Source: Ancylonema sp. (lineage: Eukaryota). From it: a stretch of DNA of 64,000 nt. The notes under the pieces are model-generated. The model did no database searches. It was given only the letters and a program-made list of their open reading frames with translations, and was not told the DNA's origin. The first letter of the stretch is position 1; each line of letters opens with the position of its first letter. Below, one piece after another: positions 1 to 20,379 of this stretch. Location of the stretch: the NCBI GenBank assembly GCA_050230475.1, contig JBFLGF010000062.1:1-64000 (forward strand), read 5' to 3'. The position numbers and the translations under genes are program-made.

Positions 1-46
1 AGGCTTGCCATTTTCGGATGGGGATGCCACCTTCCCCCCCCCCCAG

Positions 47-3000
47 GAAGTAGTCCAACCCGCCTCCGCCTCTCCCCACAACCGCATCTACTGGGGGTGG
101 GGCCGCTCCCTGAAGCTAGGCATCCTAGCCCCCTCCCGCTTTTGCAACGGCCACACGTTTTTCGTGCAACGGATTCCTCAGACTCTCGGTTTGCAGCCCT
201 ACGTGGTCCACAACACGTTTCAGTTCTACGGGGCGGCAGGGAAGGTGATTCGGTTGAAGGAAAATCATTTGTGGGAGTTGGAGGAGGAGAGGTAGGTGAA
301 AGGGTACGGGCAACATTTTTTTTTTTTTTTTTTTTTAAATTATTTATTTATATTCATTTATGTATTTTATAATTAGGGATAGCTTATCAACCAATGGAGA
401 GGTTTGTATGAGTTCCGTTTCGTGTCGGTTTCGTGTTGGAGGTCTCAGTTTATTTATATAACTTTCTTTTTCTTGATACTAATTTTTTATTGGGGGAGGT
501 GTGACATGCATGGAGCTACTACACGGAGGGCAACTTTTTGTCGTTTTCCATCACTCTTCCCCCCTCGTTGCAACAAATCCACGACCCCCTCAACAAACAT
601 CTGAGAAGTGTGGAGTTCTATTATGTGACCCCCTCCTTCCCTCCCTCCCTGCCCTCGTAGTATGAGTCATCGTATAACTGTCACATGAAATTGTATGTAC
701 CGAATCAATCCCCCCCGGGGGGAAAAAAAATACTAAAAAATGAAGAATTGTTCTCTGACATGCTTGAGATTTCTCCTATGAAGTAGATGAGTAGAGGAGT
801 CATAGTGACTCGATTGATGTGCGTGAGAGTGACCACGAGTTTATTTCACACTCGAAGGTCCCCTTCCACCTTCCATCCAGTCTAAACAAAATTGTCGGAC
901 CAAACCAAGCGGATCACGTAGTCCTGTACTTGTAGGCATGGTTGCATGGATGTATGTATGCAGGTACAGTTTAACTTGTCTTCATTAATACTGTCGGGAC
1001 GGGATAAAAATATCAATTAAGACGAGGTATTAATCAACACGTCAGATTCTGAATAATAAAAACGGAATCGGGCGGAAGATTTCGTATTAGATAAGACAGG
1101 TTAATAATTTGCACAGTACTAATTAAGACAGGTTTCATTGTATGTACGTATGTCTTCATGTATGCTGTTGTATTTGTGTGTGTATGTCTTCATGTTTTTA
1201 TGTATGTATTTATTCATGTATGTATGCAAGTATGTATTTATATATGTATGTATGTATTTATGTATGTATATGTGTATGTACGTATTTATGTATGCATGTA
1301 TGTATTTATGTAAGTATTTATGTATGTATGCATGGATGTATGTATGTATGTGTCTACCTATATGCATTTCTCCCCGTAGGCTTGTACACATATGGAGATG
1401 CACCGCTACAAACACGAATACGTGTATCTACGGAGGATGCCCTCTGTGTGGGCCTTCCGTCCATACATGCGGGCAGAAACGAATACACAAATGTGACCAT
1501 ACATCCTTACGTAACCCTTGCGTACTTCCGACATAAACCCTTATTGTGAATCTCAGATCCTTGGACCTCCATGTTTCCCTTTCGTGACCCTTCCTCCCCT
1601 CTCCTCCCGTGTGTGTGCAGTTGTGCATTCGCAACGCGTTAGCGATCGCGACCATTTTGAAGCGCATTATCATTCTCCCCGACTTCACATGCTTCTGTGA
1701 CCGGTACGAGGACTCAACTGGACGGAGGGGTCGTGCTACACTGAAAACTGTCTTCATTCATACTGTGGGGACCAGATGAAAATATCAATTAAGACGGGGT
1801 GTTAATTAACACGTCAGATTCTGAATAATGAAAACGAAATCAGGCGGAAAAAAATATTATTAGATAAGACAGGTTATTAATTAGCACAGTATTGATTAGG
1901 ACAGGTTTATTGTATTTTTTAAAGCTCGCTCCTCCCTCCCTGTATCCCCATAAACGAAACAAATGGTCGTTCAAACTTCCTTTGGTTTCTAACGTGCCTT
2001 CCGTTTCGCAACTCGGACATAGCCACTCCCAACCTCCCAACTAACCCTTCCTCTTCAACATTTCAGATACAAATTCAAACCCCCAATTGAACTCTCATGC
2101 TGAGGCCGTTCCACCAATCAATACCACCCATCATTGTTGTACGGAATCCGTACGGATACCCAACAAGTTCGGGTCATAGCGCATCCAGATGGATGATGAC
2201 GTCATCATGGATAATGACGTCATCATGGCGTCAACTCGTGTGATAACGGGTGGAACTTACCGCGGGTGCACGTAATTACAGCGTGTACCTCACTGTACTT
2301 CATAGTCGCAAATGGAACATTCCCAACCCCACACGTCCCTCCCGCATCACCCTCCTCCCCTCTCCCCCCTTCCCCTCCCCTCCCAAACAAACCGAAGATA
2401 TTGGCAGAACACGGAGGCCCCATGTCGGTTGCCCGGTTCCGATGCAGACCCCCCCATTGAGCATTGCCCTTTGGACCACATCCTCGACGTCCAGTTGTGG
2501 GACAAGTCGCGGTTCGAGTGGAGGGAGAGGGCGTTTTTGGACAACCCGAAAGCGTCGCCACGCATCAAAAACTCCGTGTATGTATGTCCTACACCCTTCA
2601 AATTAATGATGGAAAGGAAAAAAAGAAAAAAAAAAGAAAAAAACATGATGAATGTTGTGTCACTTCGTGAAGAGGCAATAAGAGCCCATAGGAGCTTGGA
2701 GGAGCCCATAAGAGCCCATAGGAGCCCATGATTGTTGGTGGTGGGGCTCTGTTCAGTCCCTAGATGCCAAAGTGAACGACAATAAGTGTTGTGTCATAAT
2801 CTGGTTACACGAACAACGGTGGCGATGATGATGATGACGATGATGTTGATATTAATGATGTTCACGTTAACCTGTCTTAATTAATTCTGGCTTAATTAAT
2901 TGCTAGTCCTAATTTTGATATTTTTTTCCGGTCCGGCCGACGTGCTAGTTAAATATGTACGGAATCCGTACTTATCCGTACAAAACATGTGTACAAATTA

Positions 3001-4483
3001 GGAGTTTAAAATGTGGGTGGGGGGGGGGAGAAGAAAGAAAAATCGATAGTATAAAAAATAAAAAAAAATGATATAAAAAAACTGTTATTTTCTAGGTTAT
3101 TTTCTAATGCGGGGTACAAATAGATGGTTGCCTCATGTTTATATATACGTTTATATCATTATGATATGGTTATGACTATGTGAAAATACACGTTTGGGTT
3201 GATTCCGACCTGGATATTTACGTGTTGCCCCTCGTACTCACATAGAAACTCGATTCAGGAATTTTGGAACCGATCCAGTCTTAGGTAATAACCTGTCTTA
3301 ATTAATAACATTTTCCGGTCTCGATATCATTAATCAAGACAGGTTTTACTGTAGTACGAAATACCCCCCCCTCCCCCTCCCATAGGCCCATCAACAACGT
3401 GCTCATCTCTCAAACCTTGAAAACAAAGCGCCTTAATTCCACCTCTCAATCCCCCTTCCCACTTCCCTCCCCCCCCAGTCTCCAAGTTCCCCTTGTTCCC
3501 CGGTCCCAACCAACTTCCGGGAAGTTGCCGCGTGGGGCCACGAGTGAAGAGGTACTTGGTGCCCTGTCGGATTTGAACGCCACTCGGGTCCTCCATCTCA
3601 ACGCGGCGGAGTACTCGTTCTGTAGGTGAGGAGGGGACGGGAATGGGTCGTGTAGTACACGACATTTTTTCAGTACATGGCAATGCAACGTGGACGGATG
3701 TGAGGGACTGTATTGTGGGGAACCATGATTTATTTTTCTTTTTTGGTTCACCGAAATGTGATACTTCGGAGGAACCTCCGATTTGAGAAACATTATTGTT
3801 TATGAGGGCCTTTTTTGTGTGTCTCATATCAAGGTTCTACTTAGTTTTGATGCTATCTAGATGTAGATAAGGGTTATGAGTTGTTCACTTGCCGTAGTCG
3901 TAAGAATGTAGACGCGACGTAATCCCAAACTCGTGACTCAATCCCATAGATACCAAAATGTAATATAAAATGAATTACAATAAAAACTTGTTTAAAATAA
4001 TACCTTTGGGGGAGAGAAAAAAAGTGTTCTTTTAGACAGGTTATTCATGTAGAGAGGTGGAATAACTACACTCCCCAACGTTTGGGGGGGACATTTTCTA
4101 TTCTTTTCGAGAGGTTGTTCTTTTAGACACTATTCTTTTAGACAGGTTTTAGTGTACTTTAAAACGATGAAAACAAATCCCTCCCAAATTCCGCCCAAAT
4201 TCCGCCCAAATTCCGCCCAAATTCCGCCCAAATTCCGCCCAAATTCCGCCCAAACTCCGCCCTTCTCAATCCTTGTATCAGGTTCAACGACAACGAAGAG
4301 AACAAATCGTTTGACCGAGACACACTCGACACGTGGATGTTTTGGACCCTCTGGTGCTGTGAGGCGAACGGGAATCTCTACAATATGACGCACCACGAGA
4401 TTCGGAAACCGATGGCGTTGGAAAGCAAAAGACTCGAACAGTGTTTGGAGGAGATGGAGGAATACAAGCCGATGCCGCTTTAG
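47..4483 (+). CDS. XEG113-like arabinosyltransferase / nucleotide-diphospho-sugar transferase (GT77), 3' part. Exons 47-291, 516-624, 1621-1703, 2398-2577, 3479-3625 (alternative in-frame acceptor at 3386), 4282-4483; 5' end lies outside the window
   Basis: GT-AG joins keep one frame: LGILAPSRFCNGHTFFVQ...PYVVHNTFQFYGAAGKVIRLKE | YYTEGNFLSF | IRNALAIATILKRIIILPDFTCFCDR | CPLDHILD...ERAFLDNP | ...WCCE, stop TAG 4481-4483. The motif order matches plant XEG113 as I recall it. Confidence 0.85.
965..1142. mobile_element. Tc1/mariner (pogo-like) MITE, intronic
   Basis: TA-flanked with imperfect TIRs TACAGTTTAACTTGTCTTCATTAATACTGT ... ACAGTACTAATTAAGACAGGTTTCATTGTA; a closely similar copy lies at 1737-1914. 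Confidence 0.7.
1143..1352. repeat. degenerate (TATG)n microsatellite
   Basis: Directly visible; it explains the MYVC-rich spurious ORFs. Confidence 0.9.
1737..1914. mobile_element. second copy of the 965-1142 MITE
   Basis: Shared internal sequence AAAAATATCAATTAAGACG...ACACGTCAGATTCTGAATAAT, the same TIRs and TA flanks. Confidence 0.7.
3060..3353 (-). mobile_element. non-autonomous Tc1/mariner-like element fragment, same TIR family
   Basis: Ends AAGACAGGTTTTACTGTA. Its reverse complement matches 37991-38290 (TTTCTATGTGA.TACGAGGGGCAAC...CGGAATCAACCCAAACGTGTATTTTCA). Confidence 0.65.
4183..4261. repeat. 11-bp minisatellite (CCCAAATTCCG)n just upstream of a splice acceptor
   Basis: About seven tandem units are visible. 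Confidence 0.9.
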
Positions 4484-5225
4484 GGAGCAACTATTAACTC
4501 CAACGTCTCCATTACCGATTGTAACATTATGATAACGCTATTTGTTGTTTCTTTGTTTGTCATTTGTTTTTACGTATGGTAACGTTTGGTACGTTCGGTT
4601 CATTTAGTACGTGGTATGTTTGGTATGTATGGTTAGCGATGCGGAAGGTTAAAATTTCAACCCCTAACTATCGGTTATTAATATATTGAAGTCAGGTTAA
4701 ATAATAGGCCGGAAAAACATGCCGTAAAAAAAATGAAAATGAATAGCTCCAATATCTAGGTTTAAGAATAGATTCCTCCCTTCTCAGGCCTTGATAGCGT
4801 ATTTCTAGGGCCTAATTATTGCTTACTAGGCCCTGCAAAATACAGTGTGGAAATCAAAATGCAGATGTGGAGTTATTCTAAAGCTAAGTATCCGTGATGA
4901 GGATCAATTAAAATGACCCCAAAAGGATTGATGTTAGCTTTACTTTCATATTTTCAATGGCTATTCACTGTATGTAATGCCACAATATGTGTTTCCGAAT
5001 TTTTTTGGGGTTCCGTTGACGCGTAGAGATTTACTTTGAACATAACATAATTAAATGCAAAACAAACCATTCCATACAACTTACTTTTCCGCTTAGGTTG
5101 CCCTAGCAACAAAAATATAAATAATATTTGAGCTTTTGTTATATCCAATGACTAGTCTACGACAATTGAATACTCATTCAATGTCAATATAAATGCCGTG
5201 GTTGGTGTCACCTAGTAAGGCAGTT

Positions 5226-5280
5226 TTTTTTTGCATGGGTACGAGACACCAAGTTGGTGTCTCGTACCCATGCAAAAAAA
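5226..5280. repeat. perfect inverted repeat, 27-bp arms with 1-nt spacer
   Basis: TTTTTTTGCATGGGTACGAGACACCAA-G-TTGGTGTCTCGTACCCATGCAAAAAAA. Confidence 0.95.
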
Positions 5281-5818
5281 CCAACAAATAACATTTTTGA
5301 GATGTTTGATGTAAGCACTCTGTTTGTAAATCTGTCAATAAATGTCATGAGCAAAAAGTATGCTAAATCTCCATAATTTCTAATTATTAACTCGAATATT
5401 GTGATCAGCGTACATTTTTGACCCAAGAATGATATGTCTCATAAATTATTAACATTTTACCCATAACTGTCTTTTTAGCCTTATGAATTACCGCCGGAAT
5501 TTCTAGGGCCTAAAACGCAACCCTTCGCCAAAAAAAACTGCTGAGCTTATCAGCGACTCGGACCGCTGGGACGGTCCGAGTCGTCGGCCAACACCCAGCC
5601 ACGTGTCCACTGACCCACGTGACAGCCGCACGGGACCTCTGAACCGTCCGATCACAATTCATCGTGAAGTGCGGTTGGTGAACCACGACAGATTCTGACG
5701 TAGCATTCTCAGGTCCTTATGACTGACATGTCCCGTCCTATCTGGATGAGTATCCTGTTTGTCAGGTGACAAGTGAGTTAGCTTTCGGCATTTGCAGGCG
5801 ACAAACTTTGCCGCGCAA

Positions 5819-12127
<6,309 letters not shown>

Positions 12128-14605
12128 CGTGGATTGGGTGGGAAGGGAAAGCCGGAAGGTAGATGACCTAGGAGGGGCGGATGGAGAGCGGGGAGTGGTT
12201 GAAGTTGAAAGGGCGGGATGGTTGATTGAGTGATTGAGAAAGGAAAGTAGGATGTCGATGGAGGAGACAAGGGAAGTGGAGTTGACATGTGAGACAATGG
12301 TTTTGTTACTTATATGGAAAGCGAAGAATTGTTGTCTTCCTCCATTTGGTTTCTTGGTTGGACGGAACGGTTTTGGGCTCCCGTACGTCTCGAGGGAGGT
12401 ACTAGTCTATGAAACAAAGGAGAGCAGATTGAATGTTTTTCGTTTTCGGAGAATATTTGGTAGTTGTTGCATGGTTGCTCTTTTCTTGTGTGACGCTTGC
12501 ACGCTTTGGCACCTAACTATGTTTCTATGAATGGAGTTCCCCGATCCGATCGAAATGTTTCCGATCCGGCGCCAATCCGGATCGGGGATCTGGATGGCCC
12601 TACTATGAGTCTATGTTTCACTTGTACTACCACATGTCGCCTCATGTTATTGCATTGAGGCCACACGTGCAAGGCCTAGTCGTTTTTCTCGAGCTCTCGA
12701 ACAAGAAATTTGTTGGCAGATGATCAATGTTAGTGACCACGGCAAGGATCCACGTTTGTAAACCATAGTTGCATGGACCGGCAAGATTGGTTTTCCGGAC
12801 TACAATCGGACTAGGTCCGGAGTTGGGACCCGGTCGAAATTTGAAAGAGTACATTTTTCTTTTAATTTTGCACGATGCACAAGCCCAAACGAAAAACAAA
12901 ATATATATTTTCCTGATTCTTTACTCTACTGGAAACCTTTCGAAATCCTGAAAGAAAAACCGAAAGTATCATACTGCCGATGGTCCGGCATTTTGGCCTA
13001 GAAGGACGGACATGACCCGGACCTTGGTCCGGAACCGTGACCTCGGAATGTACGCCTGTCCGTGTAACTATGCCGAAATGGCCAAGGGAAAACCGGAGAT
13101 GCACAACTTGAGTGCAGTTCTCCCTCGTTGTATCGACAAAGTAAAAACACGGAAATTTTCGTTATATCGAGGTGTCCATCCATGTACATTGTTTAAGGAC
13201 ACTTATGACTGGATTTCGAAATGTATGTTTATGTACCGAGGGACTTCATGAATCAAGTAAATTGATTAACAAAATATGTTGCTTCCTGGTAGTTTAAAAG
13301 ATGCTGCATTTGGATCATCACCCACTTGGTTGTGTGTTGTGTGATACAAGCAAATGAGACCAATACATGGCGGCTAGCAAAATATATTAAGTCAACTTCA
13401 CGAGGAGAGTTGGGGAAGGATTAAGAGTTGTACGAAGCAACAAAAATACTCACATATTTTGCTAGATATGGAGTACACAATGGACAATGAACGACGTGGA
13501 CTTTTTCAATTCTCAGTTTTACATTCTAGGTTTAAGGATTCCAGATCTTCTCGATACATCCATACGTTGTTCTGTGCGAGTAATTGCTTTCTACACAGTA
13601 TAGCGTTCACTTATAAATAACGTTCACTAATCAATCTCGAGTATAACTTGTCTTTCTATAAAGTGTCGGTGTGCTTATACCGACAATGGATTGAATAAAT
13701 AAATAAACAAGGCGACAAACAAACAAAACCGAAGTGGGTCGTTACATCGTGAGTCAAACGAGCTTTTCAGTCGCCGTACTGCCCGCCGAGCGACGGAAAT
13801 CCGTTTTGGAGCTTTTTGCTTTTTGCCCGAGTCAGAGATTCGTAGTACTGCGATATCCGAATCTTTTGCCTCGACTGATGCAGTGCGGCCACATGCTCCA
13901 AAACGGCAGGAAGCAACGCCATGTGGTTGGTCTAATTCAGATATCTGTCGACTTTGGATTGGCCAACATCAGATGTGGCTCACTGGAATGAATCGGAATT
14001 GCTTTCTGTACGGGTGGCAATCTCAACGACCGAGAATCATCATGTTCGGATCGCCCGTGAGTCGCGTTAGATTCAGAGTAGATCATCATGACGCAAAAGT
14101 CCGCCACAAACGTAATCACGTGTGATTCATGGTGCCATGCAGGCACCCAGTCCTAAGCCAAGCCAAGCCAAGCCAAGCCAAGCCTGACACGTGCTCGGCG
14201 CACAATGCTGAGCTGGCGTCCTGATTCAGGCGAAACCTTTCGGTCAGCGTTGTCCTGGTCTGACGTGGTTCGCATGTCCTCCAGCTGACACAAACTGCCG
14301 CCAGGATCGGCCGCAGCTACATCCGGTATCCCGTTCGATGGATTCTACGGCGTCCTTGACGAGGACAGACCCGCCACAAAAGTCTCGGTCTACTCCTGAC
14401 TCAAAAAATCGAGTTTGTCCACTGTAAACTTTTTTCCCGACGTTTTGCGAACGTCAGATTGGGGTCTTCCCATACGTATTTCCAATCGTATTTTTTTAGT
14501 CAACTGTTTGACGATATCTAGGCTGCACAGTAGTAAACCATCTATCTGAGCCTACTACAATATTCACAGTGGACACAGGTCTGAGGGAATCTGAGTGCAG
14601 CGGCC

Positions 14606-17600
14606 ATGGCTCTTCGGCTCGGCGCAATCTCAGCAGTCATATTTCTTGTCGTCTTCAGCTGCTTTACAGCGATCTCAGAGGCGACTCCGACATTCAAAAA
14701 ACATCTTATTACCAGCCTACCTGGAGCGCCGAATGCTGTCTACAAGTGACTCAGTCTGGAAATACATCGTTTTTTGAGAGGACCAACATTCGCGATAACT
14801 TATGAGCTGATGATATATCAGATGGCATCTGGGGATCATGTCATAAGTTACCTCCCATTACATTTTTTGTTGTAAAATACTTGAGCATTTTTTACGATGT
14901 TGTTGCATTGTTATAACGACATGCCAGACTGCTGCTTCTAACATAGCATGATAATATGATACTATGATACTATGATACTGATGATGCTTCTATCATGCTG
15001 AGCAGAAAGTGATTTGTTGTATGACTGACTGCATACTTATGTCTCACACTCAGTATTTTTACTGACTAGTGTGGGGTAACGGACCACCTATCGATTATAA
15101 GAACCCATTCATTAACTGAATCCTACCGTGTTGTGTGAGTGTGTAGTCAGTACTCTGGGTACATCCATCTCTCGGATGACCTCAATGGCAAGGCTCTGTT
15201 TTTCTGGCTCGTGGAATCAGTGATCGCACCAGAGACGAAGCCTCTCACACTTTGGCTTAATGGTGGTAAGTGCCCAAGATTTCCACAGAGTCAAGTCAGA
15301 TTAACGCCATCATATGTTCGTCTCAGCGAATATTGTGTAAGCCATGACAGATGGTGCATCAACTTCAGCGAATACTGTATCAGCTGCTGCATAGATCATT
15401 GCACATGTGAGAACCACTTATCTTTCAGCTATCACCATCGCACTACAGGAACTACCGTCTTTCTCCTCGTGCATCCTTCATTACGATGCTCTACACCTGC
15501 AATGGATCTCTGATTCGGAATTCGGATTCTCCACAACCTCACGTCACATGTGCTATCGATCCCATTCATCAAAAAGCTCAATCAAAGGTAGGCAACCAGT
15601 CCCAAAAAACTCTGTCCCAGTGGTTGCTTTCTGCCAGCTGTCAAAACGTGTTTCATTTCCCCCCCCTGCCCGACCAGGTCCCGGTTGCTCTTCGGTTGGC
15701 GTGGGTGCCCTAGCGGAGTTGGGGCCGTTCTTCACCAACAAGGCAGCCAATGGCCTCAATCTCAATCTGCACGCATGGAACAAAGGTCAGAACCGTTACA
15801 ACCGGCATAACCGTCATAGTCATAATGTTCATAATCGTCCTATCTGTGCGGCAGAACCGCTTTTGGAAGCTGCTGCTGTTGTGGGATTTCATCCGGTTAT
15901 TAGAGAGAACGTATGAGGGAATCTATGCTGACAGGAGTTTCGTTGATTCTGATATGTAGATTTACTTGTGATAAAACAAGGACAAATTTGCATGGTGCTC
16001 GCAAACGGCAGATTCATGTGTAGTCCCTACTCGACATCGGATTTGTTGTTCGATCCGTCAAGGAGATGTCGATCCCTCGAACACCTACTACAGAGGAGTA
16101 CCGATTTCAATTTCGGGATGCGCATGATGTGGCTTGTTGTTCCCTCTAGTTATTTTCAGATACTTGTTTTTATCCTCCTCCAGAGTGTTGGTAGGCGAAC
16201 AGTGTCCCTCATGTTGTCCGTCTCTCTTCCTTGGTTGGTGCAGAGTCGAATATTTTGTTTCTTGAGCAGCCTGTGGGCACGGGGTACTCGTACTCCAACA
16301 CATCCTCGGATTACGTCATGGGGGATAAGCAGGCTGGTGATTACTCCGATCTCCCCTCTGCCGATGGAAGAAGAACATGAAAATCAAAAAAACGAACGAA
16401 AGAATATGGTTCATGGGTCAACTTACGCACCAAGATCCTGCTTCCTGTCACCTGATTTTAGTCACAGAAACACTACAGCTGTAAGAGGGGCGGCCGCACG
16501 TCAGCATCAAGCACAAACCAGGGAAAAAAACAAGAAATAACAGAAGCTAGTCAAAAATTATAGTCTTGACATTCTGTCGTGTTCCGATCCACCCCCCTCT
16601 CCCCCCCCCCAGCAATCGACGTCCACCACTTCCTCATGCGATGGCTCAACGTGTTCTCTCACTACATTGGTCGAGACTTCTACGTGACTGGCGAGAGCTA
16701 TGGCGGCCATTACATTCCGCACATCGCCAAACAGCTGTGGGAGAACATGGACGTATCTGAGCCGCACATCCCTTTCAAGGGGTTCGCGATTGGGAATCCG
16801 TGGACGGATCCTGCCGTTGACTACCGGGGGGAGGTTGACTTTTGGTACTCGAGAGCGCTCATGTCCACGGAGACGTACACCAAACTGACGGAAAACGTGA
16901 GAATTTTATTTTGGGGTATTTTGGATCATTTTGGGAAGGATCGTTTTGGATAAGAAAATGAATCTCTTTCGTGATTTCGATTTGTCTTGGAGCACGAATT
17001 TCTTTCATGGCATTTTCTGCTTTCCAGGTTTTCGGGTCCCAAGATTCAGGCTACGGCTGCCTGAGGTGTGAGCTCATAGTTCCGTACAATTCATGTGATT
17101 GATGGTCTCTTCATTCATTGATTCACCTCCCATTCCTTCAAAAAAAAAATCAGTGTGGTGTTGTGGACTACTGGGAAGATATCCCTGGCTCCATCTGCCT
17201 CGACTATCTCACGAGGGCGTATACGGAAATGGTGAGAGGGGAGGAAGCACCGAAAACTAGAGCACTAAGCAATAGCGTAGCGTAGCGTATCGAATTGTAT
17301 GGCGTGGTATCAGATCTCATCGAATCGGATTCTGATACGAATGTATGACGTCGGATCGTACGGTGTCGGGTTGGTGTGGATGAGATTGTATGATCCATGA
17401 TCAATGATCAATAATCAATGATGATATTGTTTTGACGATTGTACATGAGGGAGTATTAATGAAAGGGTTTCCAGAACGGTGTATCATTTTTTCTTCTTTG
17501 TTTTACTGCAGTAAGCAAGCAGTGTGCAAAGTTTTCATTATTTGGTCTGAATTCTTCCCCCTCTGCTGTCTGATTCAGGGCGACGTCAACATCTACGACG

Positions 17601-19217
17601 TGTACGTGGACGTGTGTCATCCCAATTCGGTGACACCCTCCGTGAAAGCGCTACTCGACATCAAATACAAAAATGTAAGAAGAGGCAAACCACACCCACT
17701 CCCCCTCCCACTCCCACTCCGACTACCACTGCCAACTGAAAATCGAAAAAAAAAGAGATGATGTTGTTGTTCATTCCAAATTCATTTCTGCCATTTTTCC
17801 CATATTTCTGCCATTTTTACTCGTTTCCACCATACCTCATCATGCCTCCAATCCCTACCGCCCCCTCCCCTGTCACTAAGCCTTCCCCATCCTCCCCCCA
17901 CCCCCCCCCAGCTCCACCAGCGCCTGTCCGCCCGCTCCCCCTCCCCAGTCACCCCCTCCCCAGTCACCCCCTCCCCAGTTACCACCTCCCTCCCCTGGGA
18001 GTACGACCCGTGTGCTCACTGGCAGGTGGAGGTGTATCTGAACAAGAAGGAGGTGCAGAGAGCGCTGCATGCCAACACCACGGGGCTGCCGTGGGAGTGG
18101 ACGGAGTGCTCGTGAGTAGAGGGGAAGGAAAAGGAGGGAGAGAGGGGGGAAGTGGGTGCAGACGTGTATGTAGGTGGGGTGGAGGAAGTATGAGCACATG
18201 GGTTCATTTTTTGCGGTTTACAGAGGTGATGTACGGGAGTAGCAGGGCATGTTTCGATGCCATGCATCAAACATTCATCATGGGCATTTCTCATACATCC
18301 AAAATAATTTCGGGTTCATAAAAATTGAAGGGGCAACATTGAAGGGGACGTAAAGGTTTGATCATGAGTATCCGGCGCAGAAAGAAGACACATCTTCATG
18401 TAGAATACTAATACAGAATGATGTCTATACAAGATATCCGCTGCAAAGTATGCGTTTCTCTACCCCCTCACCTCCATCTCCTGTGTAATTTTCACATCAT
18501 TTTCATCTCAACCTTCCCCCCCCCCCCCCTTCAGCACCGTTCTCCAATACTCCGACTCCGACTCCCTTGCTTCCGTCCTCCCCCTCTACCACGAGCTCCT
18601 TCAGACCCCCCTCCAGATCCTCATTTTCTCGGGTGACGTGGACAGCGCGATACCGACCATGGGGACGAGGAGGTGGATCCTGCAGCTCGAAGGGGAGGGG
18701 CATCTGAGGAAGAGCAAGGCGTGGGAGGCGTGGTATCTGGAGGAGCAGGTGGGGGTTATGATTATTCTTGGGTTTTCCCTCCCTCTTCTTTTTTAATTTT
18801 TTAATTTTTTAATAATAATAATAATAATATATAATAAATGAAGTAGAATGACATCAGTTATCTTCCATTCCTTCCACGCCATTGTTTTTTGTACTTCTTC
18901 CTATCGGTATCCCCCCCTCATGTTTCCGAACTTCCATTCCCATCCCCGGTTTGCAGGTTGGCGGTTACTCGGAAGAGTACAACAACGGCAACTTCCGATT
19001 CGTGACCATCCGTAACGCGGGCCATATGGTCCCCTACATGCAACCCGCACGTGCGCTGCAAATGTACAAAGCGTTTCTCGCGAACACCTCCATGCCGACG
19101 CAACATGCGCCAATCAACGCGAGACGCAATAATGATAATGGCGGAGGGGAGGAGGGGGAGGAGGAGGAGGAGGAGGAGGAGGAGGAGAAGGTGGAAACTG
19201 TTTTGCTCGCGATGTAG
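14606..19217 (+). CDS. serine carboxypeptidase-like protein (S10), copy 2. 10 exons, approx. 14606-14745, 15147-15265, 15678-15785, 16244-16336, 16613-16896, 17154-17231, 17579-17674, 17912-18111, 18535-18748, 18957-19217
   Basis: Signal exon MALRLGAISAVIFLVVFSCFTAISEA...SLPGAP, then QYSGY, WLNGGPGCSS, FLEQPVGTGYS, GESYGGHYIP, SGDVDSAIP, IRNAGHMVP; the catalytic triad is intact. Confidence 0.93.
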
Positions 19218-20379
19218 TAGATACGATATTTTGAGTTAATATTCTTTTGTCCAATTTTGAAGGTTTTTGGGAACGTGGGAAGATGGAGAGGGGGAGAGAG
19301 AGAGAGAGATGGGCGTGGCTTGACGCAGAAGCCTACAATTTTGAGTGAATATGTGATAGGGAGAATTGGAGAAGAAGATAGAGATCGTTTTTGTGGTACA
19401 AAATGTGACTTCCGTACATCAATTTTGTAGGAGATGGCGCGCGTAGCGACGCCAACGATTTTGCAACTGTAGCTCATCACAAAGTTGGCGAGAACAACTT
19501 GTTGTTTTATTATATATCATATGGGAGATTATTGTGTAGAAAGTATATTAGTTTGGAGAGATTGGGGAAGGTACGCACCCCATAGTATGCGGGTTGAAAA
19601 CATAGGTAAACCACTTGTATGCCAATCAAGGCAGCTACTACTTTATGCAAGTTGACATTGTGTTGGTCTTTCGTTTTCGTGTTAAGAAAATGATGGTATT
19701 TTGTTCCCACACTTCGGTTTTTCCTTTCACAACGTGGATGATATTGGTGTTGCATCCATAATCTAAGGTTGGGTATGGAACAACCATGAGTCACAAACGG
19801 TCGTGTTTCACAATGACCCGTCGGATTTGTGACCCGCCGGTCACAAATCCCGATTTGCTCACTAGATTGTAATCGCACATGGCTATACTTGCGGCTGATG
19901 GGAAGGATATGGATGAAATGGGGTAAGATCCCACGATGGTGCTCAAATTTGAGCACTTCAAGATGGAACATCTGAAGAATCAAAAACTTCTTGCTTAGTG
20001 TCAAACTCTCTAGCTAGAGTAGGGGATGAATAATGTAACACGCTCTCTTCTTGTGCTCATTCCGTTTCATAGGTTGATCCCGCAAAACCATGTCCGAAAC
20101 CGCAATCGGACATTCCGCAAATTCCCGGGACATTCCGAGGCCAACAAAGTGGTATCGGGGGGAAGGTAAACAAAATACTAAGATACAGCATTGTAGGGGT
20201 TTCCATGGCATGATATGTGCTACAAATATGCACAGAAACATGTTTATGATGTTATAAAATATATATATTGAACGATAAACTTCAAAACGATATGTTCGTA
20301 TCGCCACACATAATGACCCGGGTTTTTTAAAAGGAATTAATGCAGTTAATGAACCACCATTTGAAAAGATTGTCAGCAA

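Noticed and set aside
1119..1549. ORFs rich in MYVC/HTYI
   Set aside because: Translations of a (TATG)n microsatellite in an intron.
19510..20004. 164-aa minus-strand ORF
   Set aside because: No recognisable domain or splice context; probably decayed repeat sequence.
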